IMG/VR virus record: IMGVR_UViG_3300029513_000230
Location: 1 to 64,000 of that record
Length of the DNA: 64,000 nt
From: a virus
Direction: 5' to 3' (one strand)
Part shown: positions 38,701 through 49,191 of the stretch, piece after piece
Numbering within the stretch: position 1 is the first letter of the stretch
How the letters are laid out: each line of letters begins with the position of its first letter
Notes under the pieces: generated by a model
Database searches by the model: none
What the model was told of the DNA's origin: nothing
Seen by the model: the letters and a program-made list of their open reading frames with translations, nothing else
Translations under genes and position numbers: made by a program

Positions 38701-41700
38701 TTATCCCAAAGATATTTTAAGCATATTCCCATCCCGCCATATAGCTCCTTTCACCTTTGGATCTACTGTTGACATATACGGAAATGTCATTAATCCCGAT
38801 GGGGAGATATTAAACAAGACATTTCCTCCATTATCGTAAGATCCAAATCCGAAATATCCCATGGAAACTCGATAATTGGAGACACCTGAAGATGCGTTTC
38901 TCATATAAATATGGAATGCGGGTAATGACTGATATCCAGTCATATCATTAAACAAGATCTCTCCTGTTAAGGAGTTTTTATCATTAATCATACGAATACT
39001 TCTCGTCGATGGGTCTATTATGATTCTATTCCCATTATCTGAGGTTTGTATTTTGCCTATTATACTTAAATCTCCAGATGTATTCCAAGAGATATTCTTA
39101 TTAGCTAGGAATCCTGACCCATCATGCCGTAAGACAATCTTAGCTTTATTATTCACGGCTTGTCCATATGTACCTCCAGTCCAAAAACATACGTTATTTA
39201 CATCTGGTGAAATGCCTCCTTTCACGGAGAGATTATCAATAGAACCGGAACCAACCTCTATCCTACGATTCAAACTCATGCCATCGTTACTAAACCGATA
39301 GAAAGCACTCGTTATATCGGAAGCTTTATTTACATCAAAGACTGTGTCATTAATAGTATCACGCAAGTTACTATCAAGCATTGATATAGTTACCACACCA
39401 ACAAGGTCAATCCTCTCCGCCTTGATCGTGGTGGTGGTTGCCGTCTGGTTGATATACGATATGATATTATCGCCGTTCTCCAAGCTCTTGGCGGCGAACA
39501 ACGTATTTCCCTGCGTAGTGTTGATCCATCCCGCCGTGTCTATCTCATTCCTTATATTGTCCACCCTAGTGGAGATACCCGTGATTTGTCCCGCCTGTAC
39601 CGACAAGTCCGACTCCAGCTTCACCTTCACTTGGTTTGTCGCCGTATCGGTATAGTCCTTCAACTTGTCCTGTATATACTTGTTCGCCGTCTCCACGGCG
39701 CTCTCGAACGAGGACATGGCAGTGTTGAAGGCCGCAAATTTCTTATCCACGTCGGCCGTCTCCGAGGCCGTGGTCTTTCCGTCCGCTATGGCCGTGTTGA
39801 TACTGCTTATCAAGGCGCTTATAGACGAGTCCAAGACATCCTTGGCCGATTTAAGACCGGTCTTGGCCGCACCGTCAAGGTACGTGTTGGAATACAACTT
39901 CGTATAAGTGGCGGTCACGCTGTCCTTGGACGTGTTCACCGTATTCAGGTACTTCTCTATGGCCTTGGCCTCGGCCTCCGTTATGATACCGTCGGCGAAA
40001 GCGCCGTCAACGTATGTGTTAAGGCTTGTCACGGACTGGTTAGCGTTATCGGCGGCGGTCTGGGCGGCCTTGGCGGCGTTATTGGCCAGCGTTATGGCCT
40101 CTTGCGCCGTGGCGAATTGCTCCTCCGTCACACGGGCGGATATCTCCTCGGCCATGACCGACAACTCAGCGTCATACTTGGTATATATCGCACCTGTCTC
40201 CGAGTCCACGTACTCCTTAGTGGCCAGCAACTTTATATATTCCTCCGTCTGCAAGATCCGCGTCTCAAGCTTTATCACGGCATCGGCCAATCGGTCGTTG
40301 AACAACGACACTCCATATATCAATATCTCGCCGGTGAATCCGATCCTGAAATCCCCGGTACCGTCCCATTTGCCGGCTTTTGACAGCTTGACGTACTCGT
40401 CGGACGGATCGAGGGTCAAGGAGTCGTACAACTCCTGCCCGGCGAAACCCACCGTCAAAACACCTCGTCTCATGACCTTGTAAAACAAGGAGAAGGAGAA
40501 CGTATGACCCTCATCGCTCTCTTCCAACTCAGGAACTTTCATCACGTCGTTACGCTGGAATATATACGTGTCCTTGATGCGAAGCACGTTCCTGTTGCCA
40601 TCCCTATAGATATCGGAAACCTTCCTCTTGTCCGAGTAAAAAGAACCGCCCACCCACAGGAGATTGCCGCTCACGTTGATGAAATGGATGTCGTTGGCCT
40701 CCGCCCAATAATTCGTGTCCTTCCCGAACGTGGAATTGACAAGTATATTCCCGGATTCCAGAGACATGTCGTTCCTCACCCCCTCAATCTCGCTCCTCAG
40801 CTCCCCGTTCATCACGTAGAACTGCTGCTCCACGGTCATGCCGTTATCGAGGTATATGGACGAGTTCTCTATATAGATCCCGTTCAGGTAAGCCCCGTAA
40901 CCCTTCAGCTGGGTCCCGTTCTTGGTACGGATCATGGAGAGGTTGCCTAGCTGGGCCTTCAGCGTGTCTTGCGTGGAAACGCCCGTGATACCGTCATATA
41001 CGGCAATGAACGGCGCTCCTTGATCCGCCGATGTCAGGTAGATAAGGCCCTGCCTAGTGGTATCCCTGTCGTTACCCCATCGCATGGCGAAATCCCCAGC
41101 CTCTGGCTCGCCGGTACCCTCTATCAGCGGGTAGGCCACGTCGAAATAGTCGGATGAGATACCGATACAGCGACCGAATAGATATTTAGTGGACGTGATA
41201 CCGTTCCTTCTCTGTATCCTCACTCCGTCACCTTCCCTGAGGTTCATCAGCATGAGACCGTCCATGTCGTCCATGTAGCATCTCCAACGATCGGACAGCC
41301 TCTCGACCCTCCCTATCTTGTTGATATCGGACACGATCTGGTTGCCGCCCAACCCGTATATCTGGGAATACACTATCTCGTAGGCCGTGAAGGTCTTCCT
41401 AGCGAATATGTTGTCAAAGGTTCCCGTGGCCGTGGGGATGTCTATCTCCGTGCCCCAGCCGGTGAAGCCGGGGGCGAACGATATGGAGCCGATCTTGTTG
41501 CCAGCGTATATGTCGGAACGCACCTTCAACGCCTCCATGATACCGGAACCGTCGGCCTTGATCTCCCAGCCCTTACCGTCCATGCCGTCAAGAAAGATGG
41601 AGGAGCCTATCTTCTTGTCGAAGATGATCTCCCCCACCGCCTCGTCGTTGATATCCTTGCGAAGATACCTCTTATCCAAGTCCTCAAGATCGAGTATGTC

Positions 41701-42132
41701 ACAGGTATCCAAGCCCGTGACATGGCCGAAGTCATCTAGCAATACGGACGCAATACCTTTCTTCTTCGTCTTATTTATACTCTCTTGAGAAGAGGTATCC
41801 TTATGGGAAATCGTATATATATTATTGATATCCGATTTTATCTCTATACCCGGACCTTGTGCCAAGGAGAAATCGCCGCCTCCCCCCTCACCTCCGCTTC
41901 CGGAACCTTGACCTCCTATCCTTCGCACCTTATTATCACTGGCAAGGATGAACAAGGCGGGGTCTCCGGCGTAATCATTCACGAACAACTCGCCCCTCGT
42001 CAATCCGGAGAGGTGCCATTCCTTGGTCCCGTCATTTATAGCGACGGGAGGAGGAGCTGCTTGCAGCTTACCCTCGGACATCACCGTATCCGACCCGTAC
42101 CATATATGTTTGGTCAATTTCTTTTTGCTCAT
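38701..42132 (-). CDS. large distal tail/host-specificity protein (1143 aa)
   Basis: Gly-rich linker GQGSGSGGEGGGGD; size and position typical of central tail-fibre or host-specificity proteins. Confidence 0.55.
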   Translation of the reverse strand: MSKKKLTKHIWYGSDTVMSEGKLQAAPPPVAINDGTKEWHLSGLTRGELFVNDYAGDPALFILASDNKVRRIGGQGSGSGGEGGGGDFSLAQGPGIEIKSDINNIYTISHKDTSSQESINKTKKKGIASVLLDDFGHVTGLDTCDILDLEDLDKRYLRKDINDEAVGEIIFDKKIGSSIFLDGMDGKGWEIKADGSGIMEALKVRSDIYAGNKIGSISFAPGFTGWGTEIDIPTATGTFDNIFARKTFTAYEIVYSQIYGLGGNQIVSDINKIGRVERLSDRWRCYMDDMDGLMLMNLREGDGVRIQRRNGITSTKYLFGRCIGISSDYFDVAYPLIEGTGEPEAGDFAMRWGNDRDTTRQGLIYLTSADQGAPFIAVYDGITGVSTQDTLKAQLGNLSMIRTKNGTQLKGYGAYLNGIYIENSSIYLDNGMTVEQQFYVMNGELRSEIEGVRNDMSLESGNILVNSTFGKDTNYWAEANDIHFINVSGNLLWVGGSFYSDKRKVSDIYRDGNRNVLRIKDTYIFQRNDVMKVPELEESDEGHTFSFSLFYKVMRRGVLTVGFAGQELYDSLTLDPSDEYVKLSKAGKWDGTGDFRIGFTGEILIYGVSLFNDRLADAVIKLETRILQTEEYIKLLATKEYVDSETGAIYTKYDAELSVMAEEISARVTEEQFATAQEAITLANNAAKAAQTAADNANQSVTSLNTYVDGAFADGIITEAEAKAIEKYLNTVNTSKDSVTATYTKLYSNTYLDGAAKTGLKSAKDVLDSSISALISSINTAIADGKTTASETADVDKKFAAFNTAMSSFESAVETANKYIQDKLKDYTDTATNQVKVKLESDLSVQAGQITGISTRVDNIRNEIDTAGWINTTQGNTLFAAKSLENGDNIISYINQTATTTTIKAERIDLVGVVTISMLDSNLRDTINDTVFDVNKASDITSAFYRFSNDGMSLNRRIEVGSGSIDNLSVKGGISPDVNNVCFWTGGTYGQAVNNKAKIVLRHDGSGFLANKNISWNTSGDLSIIGKIQTSDNGNRIIIDPSTRSIRMINDKNSLTGEILFNDMTGYQSLPAFHIYMRNASSGVSNYRVSMGYFGFGSYDNGGNVLFNISPSGLMTFPYMSTVDPKVKGAIWRDGNMLKISLG

Positions 42133-43019
42133 AACGAATCCAAGTTTGATTGATTGACAAAGGCCCCCACGGAATCATCATACACCAGAACCTGCCCGTC
42201 CTTGGCGTTTGCCACGTTCACGCTTATGGAACCCGTGACCCAAGATCCGTCCGACTGTTCCGTGAACCCGTTAAAGGAGATATTCTCCGCTCTCTCAACG
42301 TTAAACGTATAATCAAACAACGGGTATCTCTCGGCTATCACTTGCCTCTCGGGTACGCTGGACTCGCTCCGGACATACCTAACGCCGTTTATCCTCACCT
42401 CGGACAGACAGAATATGTTATTGATCAAGCGGGCCATCTCGAAAGGTACCCCCTCGTTATCCCCTATCGTGAGCGTGTCCACCTGATACGGTACGGCGTA
42501 AAGCTCTATGATCTCTTGCCCCTGTGTCCTGAACTGCTCGTTGCTAACGTTAAGGGAATGCCCATCCGACTTGAACCCTCCCTCTATCCATAGCTTGAAA
42601 GTCCTTTGATTGTTTCCAACCTCAAATACCGCCCCGAACGAGGTGATATTATCCCTGTTGGTATAGGACACCTCCGTCAGCCCCTCCAATTCCCCGTTAT
42701 CGCAAAACCGGAAGGGGAGACTGCTTATCTGCCCCTCACTCCCGATTATGGAAGCCCTATAAAGGCTATTCCCTCTTGGAACGATAAACTCCAGAAGCTT
42801 ATTCGAGTCGTTGATCTCATAGGATATGGGGGATATGACGAAGCTATCGTTGGCGCAAAGGTCGAACAACCTCATAGACAAAGTGGTGGAAGGGGATACT
42901 ACGCATTGCACGGTTATATTCTCGGCATTAGAGAAGCGTTGTATATACTCACGCTCCATCTCGATGCCGTTATAGCCCACGTCAAAAAGCAATGGTGATA
43001 TCTTGCTCACGTTTATCAT
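42129..43019 (-). CDS. tail protein
   Basis: 296-aa ORF, translationally coupled to the downstream gene. Confidence 0.45.
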   Translation of the reverse strand: MINVSKISPLLFDVGYNGIEMEREYIQRFSNAENITVQCVVSPSTTLSMRLFDLCANDSFVISPISYEINDSNKLLEFIVPRGNSLYRASIIGSEGQISSLPFRFCDNGELEGLTEVSYTNRDNITSFGAVFEVGNNQRTFKLWIEGGFKSDGHSLNVSNEQFRTQGQEIIELYAVPYQVDTLTIGDNEGVPFEMARLINNIFCLSEVRINGVRYVRSESSVPERQVIAERYPLFDYTFNVERAENISFNGFTEQSDGSWVTGSISVNVANAKDGQVLVYDDSVGAFVNQSNLDSL

Positions 43020-43029
43020 ACGCCTATAA

Positions 43030-43130
43030 ACGCCAAAAGAGCCATACCCCGCAGGATACGACTCCCGCCGGGTATGGCTCTTAGGCTCTAATTTCTTTTT
43101 TGTTATGTCCTACAAATATAGGGGATAAGG
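43030..43130 (-). promoter_or_regulatory. repeat family, copy A (TATATTTG box - AGAGCC-NN-AGAGCC - hairpin - T-run)
   Basis: Same ~90-nt architecture as copies at 61728-61816 and 51990-52075; partial similarity at 45118-45195. Confidence 0.55.
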
Positions 43131-43149
43131 ATCAATTGTCAAAACAAAT

Positions 43150-45108
43150 TCATGTAATTTTAGACAATATCAGCGAATAGGATGCCGTTTGGTATTTCCC
43201 TATCTTCTCCGTTATCTCGCTAACCCATCCCTCGTACGATCTCCCTGCGTACGAGAACGATAATTTGCCCCTGTAATTACCCGGGAACGGGGATAACCCC
43301 GGGGTCTCCAAGGACACCTTATCAATCCTAATCCTCCGGTCGTTAACCGGCAGGGATATAGGAAGGGTCTCCGATACGCCTCCTATCGATATTGAGGAGT
43401 TTCCGTCCGAGGCCGTGAAAGACAGGTAATCCGTGCATATCCCGAGCCTTTCCTTATTGACGAGAAGCATATTTCTCGGCGAGTAGGAGGCGTTAAAGAT
43501 AGTGTCGGGGAACAATACTCCCGTAACGGCATATATAGCTCCCCCATTCTCTTCTCTTACCAGAACTAACCTATCCCCATCTTTCCTAGCGTGGACAATA
43601 AATATGTCATTGTCGGAATCCGTATCCTTCGATTCCTCGTCACGCTCGTTAGCGAGAAACTCCAATCCGTAGCAATCTGCCCTATACGGGCTTATCAATG
43701 ACAATATGTTGTCCTTTATGTCCAATCCCGTGCTGAAACTGCTCTTGAAGTGAAACTCGTCACGCCCGTTTATCTCATCATAGTCCTGCTTGTCGAATCC
43801 AATTTCAACCCCAGAGTATATCAACGACTCATCCACGGATAGCTCCATATTGCTCACGTGATCCAATTCTTTCGTCTCATTGACGAAGAAATCATTCATA
43901 TGCCGGAAACGCACGCTATTATCCAGTATCTCGTAATCATACCCAAGCAACGCCTTGGCGAAATCACAGAACTTGGAGAAGGACGTATGGACCTTCGCGT
44001 CCTTTATTCCTCTCACGCTCTCAGCGGCCATCATCCAAGGTATAGGCATGGAACCGGAGACGATATCGCCGGACAATGACACGCCCATCCTTGATAATAA
44101 CGAGGATAATAGTTTTTTAGGGGAGAAAGCATCTATATTTACGGGCTTGTTGCGAGCCGAGTAATCGATATATAAATCGTAGTCCCTTGATATCTTGATG
44201 ATCTCATCGATATCCTCCCCTATAGACGTTACGCACAATATGTAGGCGATCAGCCTGTCACCATCCCTCATAGCGTAGGAAAGGCTCTCATCTACAGATG
44301 TAACGCCCGCTGACGATCCATCTTTGCTTAGCAGTATGGCTTTGTCGGACTTCAGCTTATTGTCGGCAGACATATGCCTTATGTGCAACGATGTCACCGC
44401 CGTGGTCAGCAAGTCTACGACCATTCGTATCCTTAGATTTATCTCGATCTTATCGACAAGGCACAAGGCGAAATAACCTGTCTTCCCGGCGTTATCGTAC
44501 GGGATATCCATACCTACGTCGTAGACCTCCATCACTCCCTTTACAGGCGTGCTTATCTCCCCGTAAGCCAAAGGTAATAACGTCTCCCTGCTCTGAAGCC
44601 TTAAAGCCATGAACCGATCGTAATCGGGCATCAACTCGTTCTCGAAGTTTGGGGTTATATACATCGTTGACTTGTTAAGTAGCTTTATCCTGTCATAATA
44701 CAATGTATCCTCCTTTAACTCCGACACCGGGATATCGTATACCTGCGACTTATTGGCGTTGATGATGGACGCTACGCTATCGTCAATGGCGTTTATGGAT
44801 ATCGTATACCCGTCGCTCTGGTACGTGGAGAAATCGAGCTTGCAACGAAACTTCTCGTTATACCCCCAGCTATCGTTCAACACGCCTATCACCAATATGG
44901 CCGAGGCTTTCGTATAATTGGATAGGTACTCGGCCTCAAGAAGGTCGTATGCCCCCTTCACGAACTCGAACTTGTTGGAGAAGGATCGAACGACACCGCC
45001 AATATCCTTCCTCTTAGCCGATATCTCCACGTCCTCCCAGTTCTTTAGGTGATCGGTCACGTCATACCTCTTCCCCCCTATCAATAATACCGCTTTTATC
45101 ATACGCAT
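43150..45108 (-). CDS. distal tail/baseplate-like structural protein (652 aa)
   Basis: Large ORF in the tail module. Confidence 0.45.
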   Translation of the reverse strand: MRMIKAVLLIGGKRYDVTDHLKNWEDVEISAKRKDIGGVVRSFSNKFEFVKGAYDLLEAEYLSNYTKASAILVIGVLNDSWGYNEKFRCKLDFSTYQSDGYTISINAIDDSVASIINANKSQVYDIPVSELKEDTLYYDRIKLLNKSTMYITPNFENELMPDYDRFMALRLQSRETLLPLAYGEISTPVKGVMEVYDVGMDIPYDNAGKTGYFALCLVDKIEINLRIRMVVDLLTTAVTSLHIRHMSADNKLKSDKAILLSKDGSSAGVTSVDESLSYAMRDGDRLIAYILCVTSIGEDIDEIIKISRDYDLYIDYSARNKPVNIDAFSPKKLLSSLLSRMGVSLSGDIVSGSMPIPWMMAAESVRGIKDAKVHTSFSKFCDFAKALLGYDYEILDNSVRFRHMNDFFVNETKELDHVSNMELSVDESLIYSGVEIGFDKQDYDEINGRDEFHFKSSFSTGLDIKDNILSLISPYRADCYGLEFLANERDEESKDTDSDNDIFIVHARKDGDRLVLVREENGGAIYAVTGVLFPDTIFNASYSPRNMLLVNKERLGICTDYLSFTASDGNSSISIGGVSETLPISLPVNDRRIRIDKVSLETPGLSPFPGNYRGKLSFSYAGRSYEGWVSEITEKIGKYQTASYSLILSKIT

Positions 45109-45117
45109 ATAAATAAG

Positions 45118-45195
45118 AAGAGCCGTCCGGGGACAAATACGTCTCCGGTACGGCTCTTTGGCTCTGTCACAAAGATAATGACTATTAAGATAATA
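45118..45195 (-). promoter_or_regulatory. repeat family, copy D (variant)
   Basis: AGAGCC-AA-AGAGCC + hairpin GAGCCGTACCGGAGACG...CCGGACGGCTC + T-rich tail; TATCTTTG box immediately upstream. Confidence 0.4.
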
Positions 45196-45199
45196 TCAA

Positions 45200-45502
45200 C
45201 TAATCAATCGTATTATCTTTCTCGATCACCCGCAAGAAATCCCTCACGCATGACACGGCCCTCATCTTGTCCATGATATACCCGTCCTCGTAATTACCCT
45301 CGCAACTCAAATTGATAAGCGTATCTATCATATCGTCCATATCCTTAGAGAACAGGCAAGTGGACATACTCTTTATCTCTCTCATCATTTCCGGGGTTAT
45401 GGTCAAGTTCCCTATTACCAACTCATGCGCATGATCAACCTTGATCTCGTTACCGTCGGCTCTCACGACGATGCTTTTAATCTCGTTCTCTTTCATATTC
45501 AA
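45200..45502 (-). CDS. hypothetical protein
   Basis: ORF only. Confidence 0.4.
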   Translation of the reverse strand: MNMKENEIKSIVVRADGNEIKVDHAHELVIGNLTITPEMMREIKSMSTCLFSKDMDDMIDTLINLSCEGNYEDGYIMDKMRAVSCVRDFLRVIEKDNTID

Positions 45503-45633
45503 TCAATCTTTTAATATTTCACAATTATTTTCAAGTCACAAAATGTTAAAGTCTTGGGTATACGTACTAAATCCGTACATCTAATCTATTTAGGTCACAT
45601 TTTATACTTGGCATAGTCAAGGAAAGGAATCTT

Positions 45634-46479
45634 TCAAACAATCCTAGTAATCTTACCGTCACCGGGATCACCTCCCAGAAGATGGTTTATGTAAGCCAGC
45701 CCCTTCTGGGTTACGAGTACCTTCGTCACGACAAAGCCCGGATGATTCTCCCTCTCAATAAACTTCTCGGTCATCTCGAAATACCCGGCGTTGATGTACT
45801 TCTGTTTCGGCTCGTTCCGGTTGGAGAAGAACACGCCTATTTCTTTAAGCTTCTTGAAGAGGATGTTTCTTCCGAACCCTAATTTCAATATCTTCGCAGC
45901 CATACCGATATCAACCTTGTCCGAGGTCTCGAAAGCCTTGTCCGCAAAATCGGCCTTGGGCTGGAGCTTGCTGATAGTTCTATTTGCCTGTTCTATCTGC
46001 TCTTGCTGCTTGGCCGCCAACATCAACGCCTCCGAGAAAGATTGTGGAATCTGGAAACCTCCAGTCTTGATCTGCTCTTCCATACGGTTGAAAGCCTCAA
46101 TATAATCTAACTTGAATTGAAGGGCCTTATCACCAGTAAAGCCCATGGTCAAAAGAGTAAATCCATCACGATTCATAACATACATTATATTACTTTTCCC
46201 ACTACTATCAACGTAAGTAGTTGAAACAAAGTACTGAGCCGAAATATCGGCTGAGTCAATTATTCTTTTTATCGACTCTATCACATGCTTATGCTGTTTA
46301 TTAAATTTCTCAGCGACCAATAAGCTGTTCGTGAAAATGCGATTATTATCGCCTTTAAATACTAATTCTTTCATGATCTTAATATATTTGTTATTGAAAA
46401 TTCCATCAAACCCTCCGGCGATATTACCGGAGGGGCATCTACTTCCGATCCTCTCCCCATCGTTCGAGTTATCCCGCAA
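45634..46479 (-). CDS. Rha-family phage regulatory protein with C-terminal antirepressor-like domain (start likely Met ~46377)
   Basis: ...ELVFKGDNNRIFTNSLLVAEKFNKQHKHVIESI... Rha N-terminal signature. Confidence 0.6.
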   Translation of the reverse strand: MRDNSNDGERIGSRCPSGNIAGGFDGIFNNKYIKIMKELVFKGDNNRIFTNSLLVAEKFNKQHKHVIESIKRIIDSADISAQYFVSTTYVDSSGKSNIMYVMNRDGFTLLTMGFTGDKALQFKLDYIEAFNRMEEQIKTGGFQIPQSFSEALMLAAKQQEQIEQANRTISKLQPKADFADKAFETSDKVDIGMAAKILKLGFGRNILFKKLKEIGVFFSNRNEPKQKYINAGYFEMTEKFIERENHPGFVVTKVLVTQKGLAYINHLLGGDPGDGKITRIV

Positions 46480-46756
46480 GCCTTACGCAAGTCATGTCGC
46501 TTATCACGCTCATGAACCGATCGTAGGTCTTTTTATTCCATTCCTTATGATCCGGCATCCAGTCATTGAATATCTCCATGTAGACCACCTCGTGAGACCT
46601 GTCTTGTACGGTGACGCATAAACCGCCCGTCTCCGGCATAACGCCTACATTTATATGTACCGGTTTCCTTCCGATCATACACTCCAACGCAATCCTTTGT
46701 ACGTTCTTCAATACTTCTATCGTTTCCATATTCCTTATATTATTAATGTATATCAA
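46469..46756 (-). CDS. hypothetical protein
   Basis: ORF only. Confidence 0.35.
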   Translation of the reverse strand: MIYINNIRNMETIEVLKNVQRIALECMIGRKPVHINVGVMPETGGLCVTVQDRSHEVVYMEIFNDWMPDHKEWNKKTYDRFMSVISDMTCVRLAG

Positions 46757-46947
46757 TCACCCGAATAAACCCTGTTAGCATAAAGGCTAGCCATACCGAC
46801 ATGAGTAAGTCTTACAGCATGGGATCTTTCCGCAAGTTGCACCATCGCTTTCGCCGATCCCCAAGCCTGTTTAAGGCACGAGCCGAATGTACGTCCGTAT
46901 ATTGCTTCCTTCATGATCTCACTCTTGTTGTATTTCTGTGTTGCCAT
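46753..46947 (-). CDS. hypothetical protein
   Basis: ORF only. Confidence 0.35.
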   Translation of the reverse strand: MATQKYNKSEIMKEAIYGRTFGSCLKQAWGSAKAMVQLAERSHAVRLTHVGMASLYANRVYSGD

Positions 46948-47149
46948 TGTACTGTTGTTTTATTTTGATGATGCAAATGTATAGTTAAACCTAACGAAAC
47001 ACAAGTAAATCGTTAGGTTTAACTAATCTTTAACACAAGTCCAATGTTTAATTAAAATATATCAAAAACTATATTTCGAATAGTTATTCCTAATCATATA
47101 TCATTTTTATATTTATCTTTGCCGTTAGTAATAACTAAACATTCATCTG

Positions 47150-47428
47150 ATGGACATAAAATCAATTATTAAGGCTCAAGGTTATACTATCGAACGTATA
47201 GCTGCGGAATGGGAAAGCAAAAACGGTAAGCCTATAACACGAGGTGCTTTATCTCAATCAATTAATAAAAACCCAACGGTGGAAACACTTCAAAAGATAG
47301 CAAATGTGATAGGGTGTAAAGTCGGGGATTTCTTTTCTGATGAAATCAATAGTAGCAAAACGATCATTTGCCCCCATTGTCAAAAATCAATATCTGTTGA
47401 AGTGGATGTTAAGATTAAGATGGAATGA
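47150..47428 (+). CDS. HTH_XRE transcriptional regulator with C-terminal Cys pair
   Basis: ...IERIAAEWESKNGKPITRGALSQSIN... HTH. Confidence 0.6.
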   Translation: MDIKSIIKAQGYTIERIAAEWESKNGKPITRGALSQSINKNPTVETLQKIANVIGCKVGDFFSDEINSSKTIICPHCQKSISVEVDVKIKME

Positions 47429-47520
47429 TATAACCTGCAATCCTCTAAATAAAAATCATGAAAGTTTGTTTTATGCATACAATACATTACCTTTGCGATA
47501 CAATATAATACATAAGTAAT

Positions 47521-47763
47521 ATGGAAGCAGTAATAAGAAAGCAAACCTCGTTCCGTTTACGTGAAGACTTGTTGCAAGTCTTGCAGGAACAAGCCAAGAA
47601 AGCGAATAGGAGTTTGAATAATTTTGTAGAGAGCACCTTGATGGACGCTGTATACTCCGAACCGAATACGGAAACGATCGCGGCTATAAGGGAAGCACAC
47701 ACGACCAAGAATAAAGAAACGTTCGACAGCGTGGATAGTTTGATGGAGGAATTAATGAAGTGA
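47521..47763 (+). CDS. RHH antitoxin (DinJ/RelB-like)
   Basis: SFRLREDLLQVLQEQAKKANRSLNNFV ribbon-helix-helix pattern; stop overlaps the GTG start of the toxin remnant. Confidence 0.55.
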   Translation: MEAVIRKQTSFRLREDLLQVLQEQAKKANRSLNNFVESTLMDAVYSEPNTETIAAIREAHTTKNKETFDSVDSLMEELMK

Positions 47764-48037
47764 AAAAGAAATTACACCCAACAAGCCAGTTTAAGAAAGA
47801 TTTCAAACGTATTCAGAAATTCCCAAAAAAATCGCAGCTTTTGAATATATCGCAAATCTGCTTATAAATGACCATCCGATTCCACAAGAATACAAACCTC
47901 ACATGTTGAAAGGTGAGTATAAAGGTTGTATGGAATGCCATATAGAAGGGGATTTTCTTCTTATTTGGATTGACGGAGAAATAATCGACTTGCTTAGAAT
48001 TGGTAGTCATTCCGAGTTGTTCGGGAAAAAGAGGTAG
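47757..48037 (+). pseudogene. YafQ/RelE-family toxin gene disrupted by a frameshift in an A7 tract
   Basis: Frame 1 gives ...FKKDFKRIQKFPKK then stop. The +1 frame after the A7 run (47826-47832) gives ...LLINDHPIPQEYKPHMLKGEYKGCMECHIEGDFLLIWIDGEIIDLLRIGSHSELFG, the YafQ C-terminal consensus. Confidence 0.6.
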
Positions 48038-48161
48038 ACAAGGTTTGTACTACTTAAATTAAGAAATATGTTATCGAACATGTAATTTTCTCCTATACCA
48101 TTTGCTTTTGTTAACACTATTATCTACTTTTGCCCCGTCATTAATTAAACTAAATCAAGTC

Positions 48162-49166
48162 ATGAGGAAAATGCTATTTTTTGTCCTAGCGGCAATATTT
48201 TTGCTAGGATGTGAGAAAGAATTTGTCGATATCCCACCTAAAGCTAGTATAACTGAAGACAATGAGCCTATTTTAACTTTCTTGGAGGAAGAAGGACTAA
48301 GGCCATCCCAATCTGATAAAATAAGCGATATATTGGGAGATATAGAAGAGGAAGGCTATAGGCTGTTATTAGGCAGGAGGTCTGATAATGCTTGGTTTTC
48401 AAAATTAGATCCATCAGGCAATGAAATTTGTTGTTTTGAATTACCTCCTTTAAAAAAATGGAAATATTCTCATTATAATATGAACTCTGTTCTATTTAAA
48501 TCCAAAGACCATATTTTTGTTAGAGGATGGTATTCCAATCAAAATGATCCATCTATAATGGGTTATGATTATGATGAGATAGTATCTATTGTTGATTTTA
48601 ACAAAGGTGTCGCAACAGACCATCTGGATATTGTTTCAAACGATACGCAAAACAATGACTATAGATATACACTCATGGAGTCTAATTATAGGACTCTAGT
48701 ACTTAGATCGACTTCGTCTTTTAAGAATCAACATCTATACGTAGTTGGCTCCGAAGGTAAAATATTATATCATAGAGACTATGATAATAAGATCGAAGGG
48801 CCTTATTTAGAAAATGGGGTCATATTTATTGATGACGAAATAGCATGTCCAATTATAGAGAAAGGTATAAACATGTATTCTTCTATAGCCAAATTACCAA
48901 TATTTAATTTAAGGACATGGACATTGATAAAAAAATTAGATTCTGAAAATGGATTGATCCCAAAAGGGGATAGATACAACGAGCCTAATATTTCATATAA
49001 GACAGACACGGTATATCTTGAGAAAAACAATATAATATACGCATATGGAGAATACAAAAACAAAAAAGATCCAATATCAGACACCAATATTGAGACATTG
49101 CTTGATAAATATTATTATGAAATAAATATTGGATCTTATAATGTTGAAGGCCCATTCAAGTATTAA
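48162..49166 (+). CDS. lipoprotein (accessory 'moron' gene)
   Basis: Signal peptide + lipobox LLGCEKE; ATG at 48162 preceded by the same TAAATCAAGTCATGA leader as the next gene. Confidence 0.55.
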   Translation: MRKMLFFVLAAIFLLGCEKEFVDIPPKASITEDNEPILTFLEEEGLRPSQSDKISDILGDIEEEGYRLLLGRRSDNAWFSKLDPSGNEICCFELPPLKKWKYSHYNMNSVLFKSKDHIFVRGWYSNQNDPSIMGYDYDEIVSIVDFNKGVATDHLDIVSNDTQNNDYRYTLMESNYRTLVLRSTSSFKNQHLYVVGSEGKILYHRDYDNKIEGPYLENGVIFIDDEIACPIIEKGINMYSSIAKLPIFNLRTWTLIKKLDSENGLIPKGDRYNEPNISYKTDTVYLEKNNIIYAYGEYKNKKDPISDTNIETLLDKYYYEINIGSYNVEGPFKY

Positions 49167-49191
49167 AACAATTCAAATCATAAATCAAGTC

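Noticed and set aside
35029-40483. Many + strand ORFs (e.g. 37119-38072 at 317 aa, 39586-40383 at 265 aa, 39908-40483) opposite the tail-fibre genes
   Set aside because: They are Arg/Gly-rich antisense frames of GC-rich minus-strand structural genes, with no start context or functional motifs. Treated as artefacts.
46469-46947. Small minus-strand ORFs next to Rha/HTH genes as anti-CRISPR candidates
   Set aside because: This is pure guilt-by-association with a nearby cas9. There is no Aca-type operon structure (they are not upstream of the HTH gene on the same strand) and no sequence evidence. Mentioned only as a possible follow-up.
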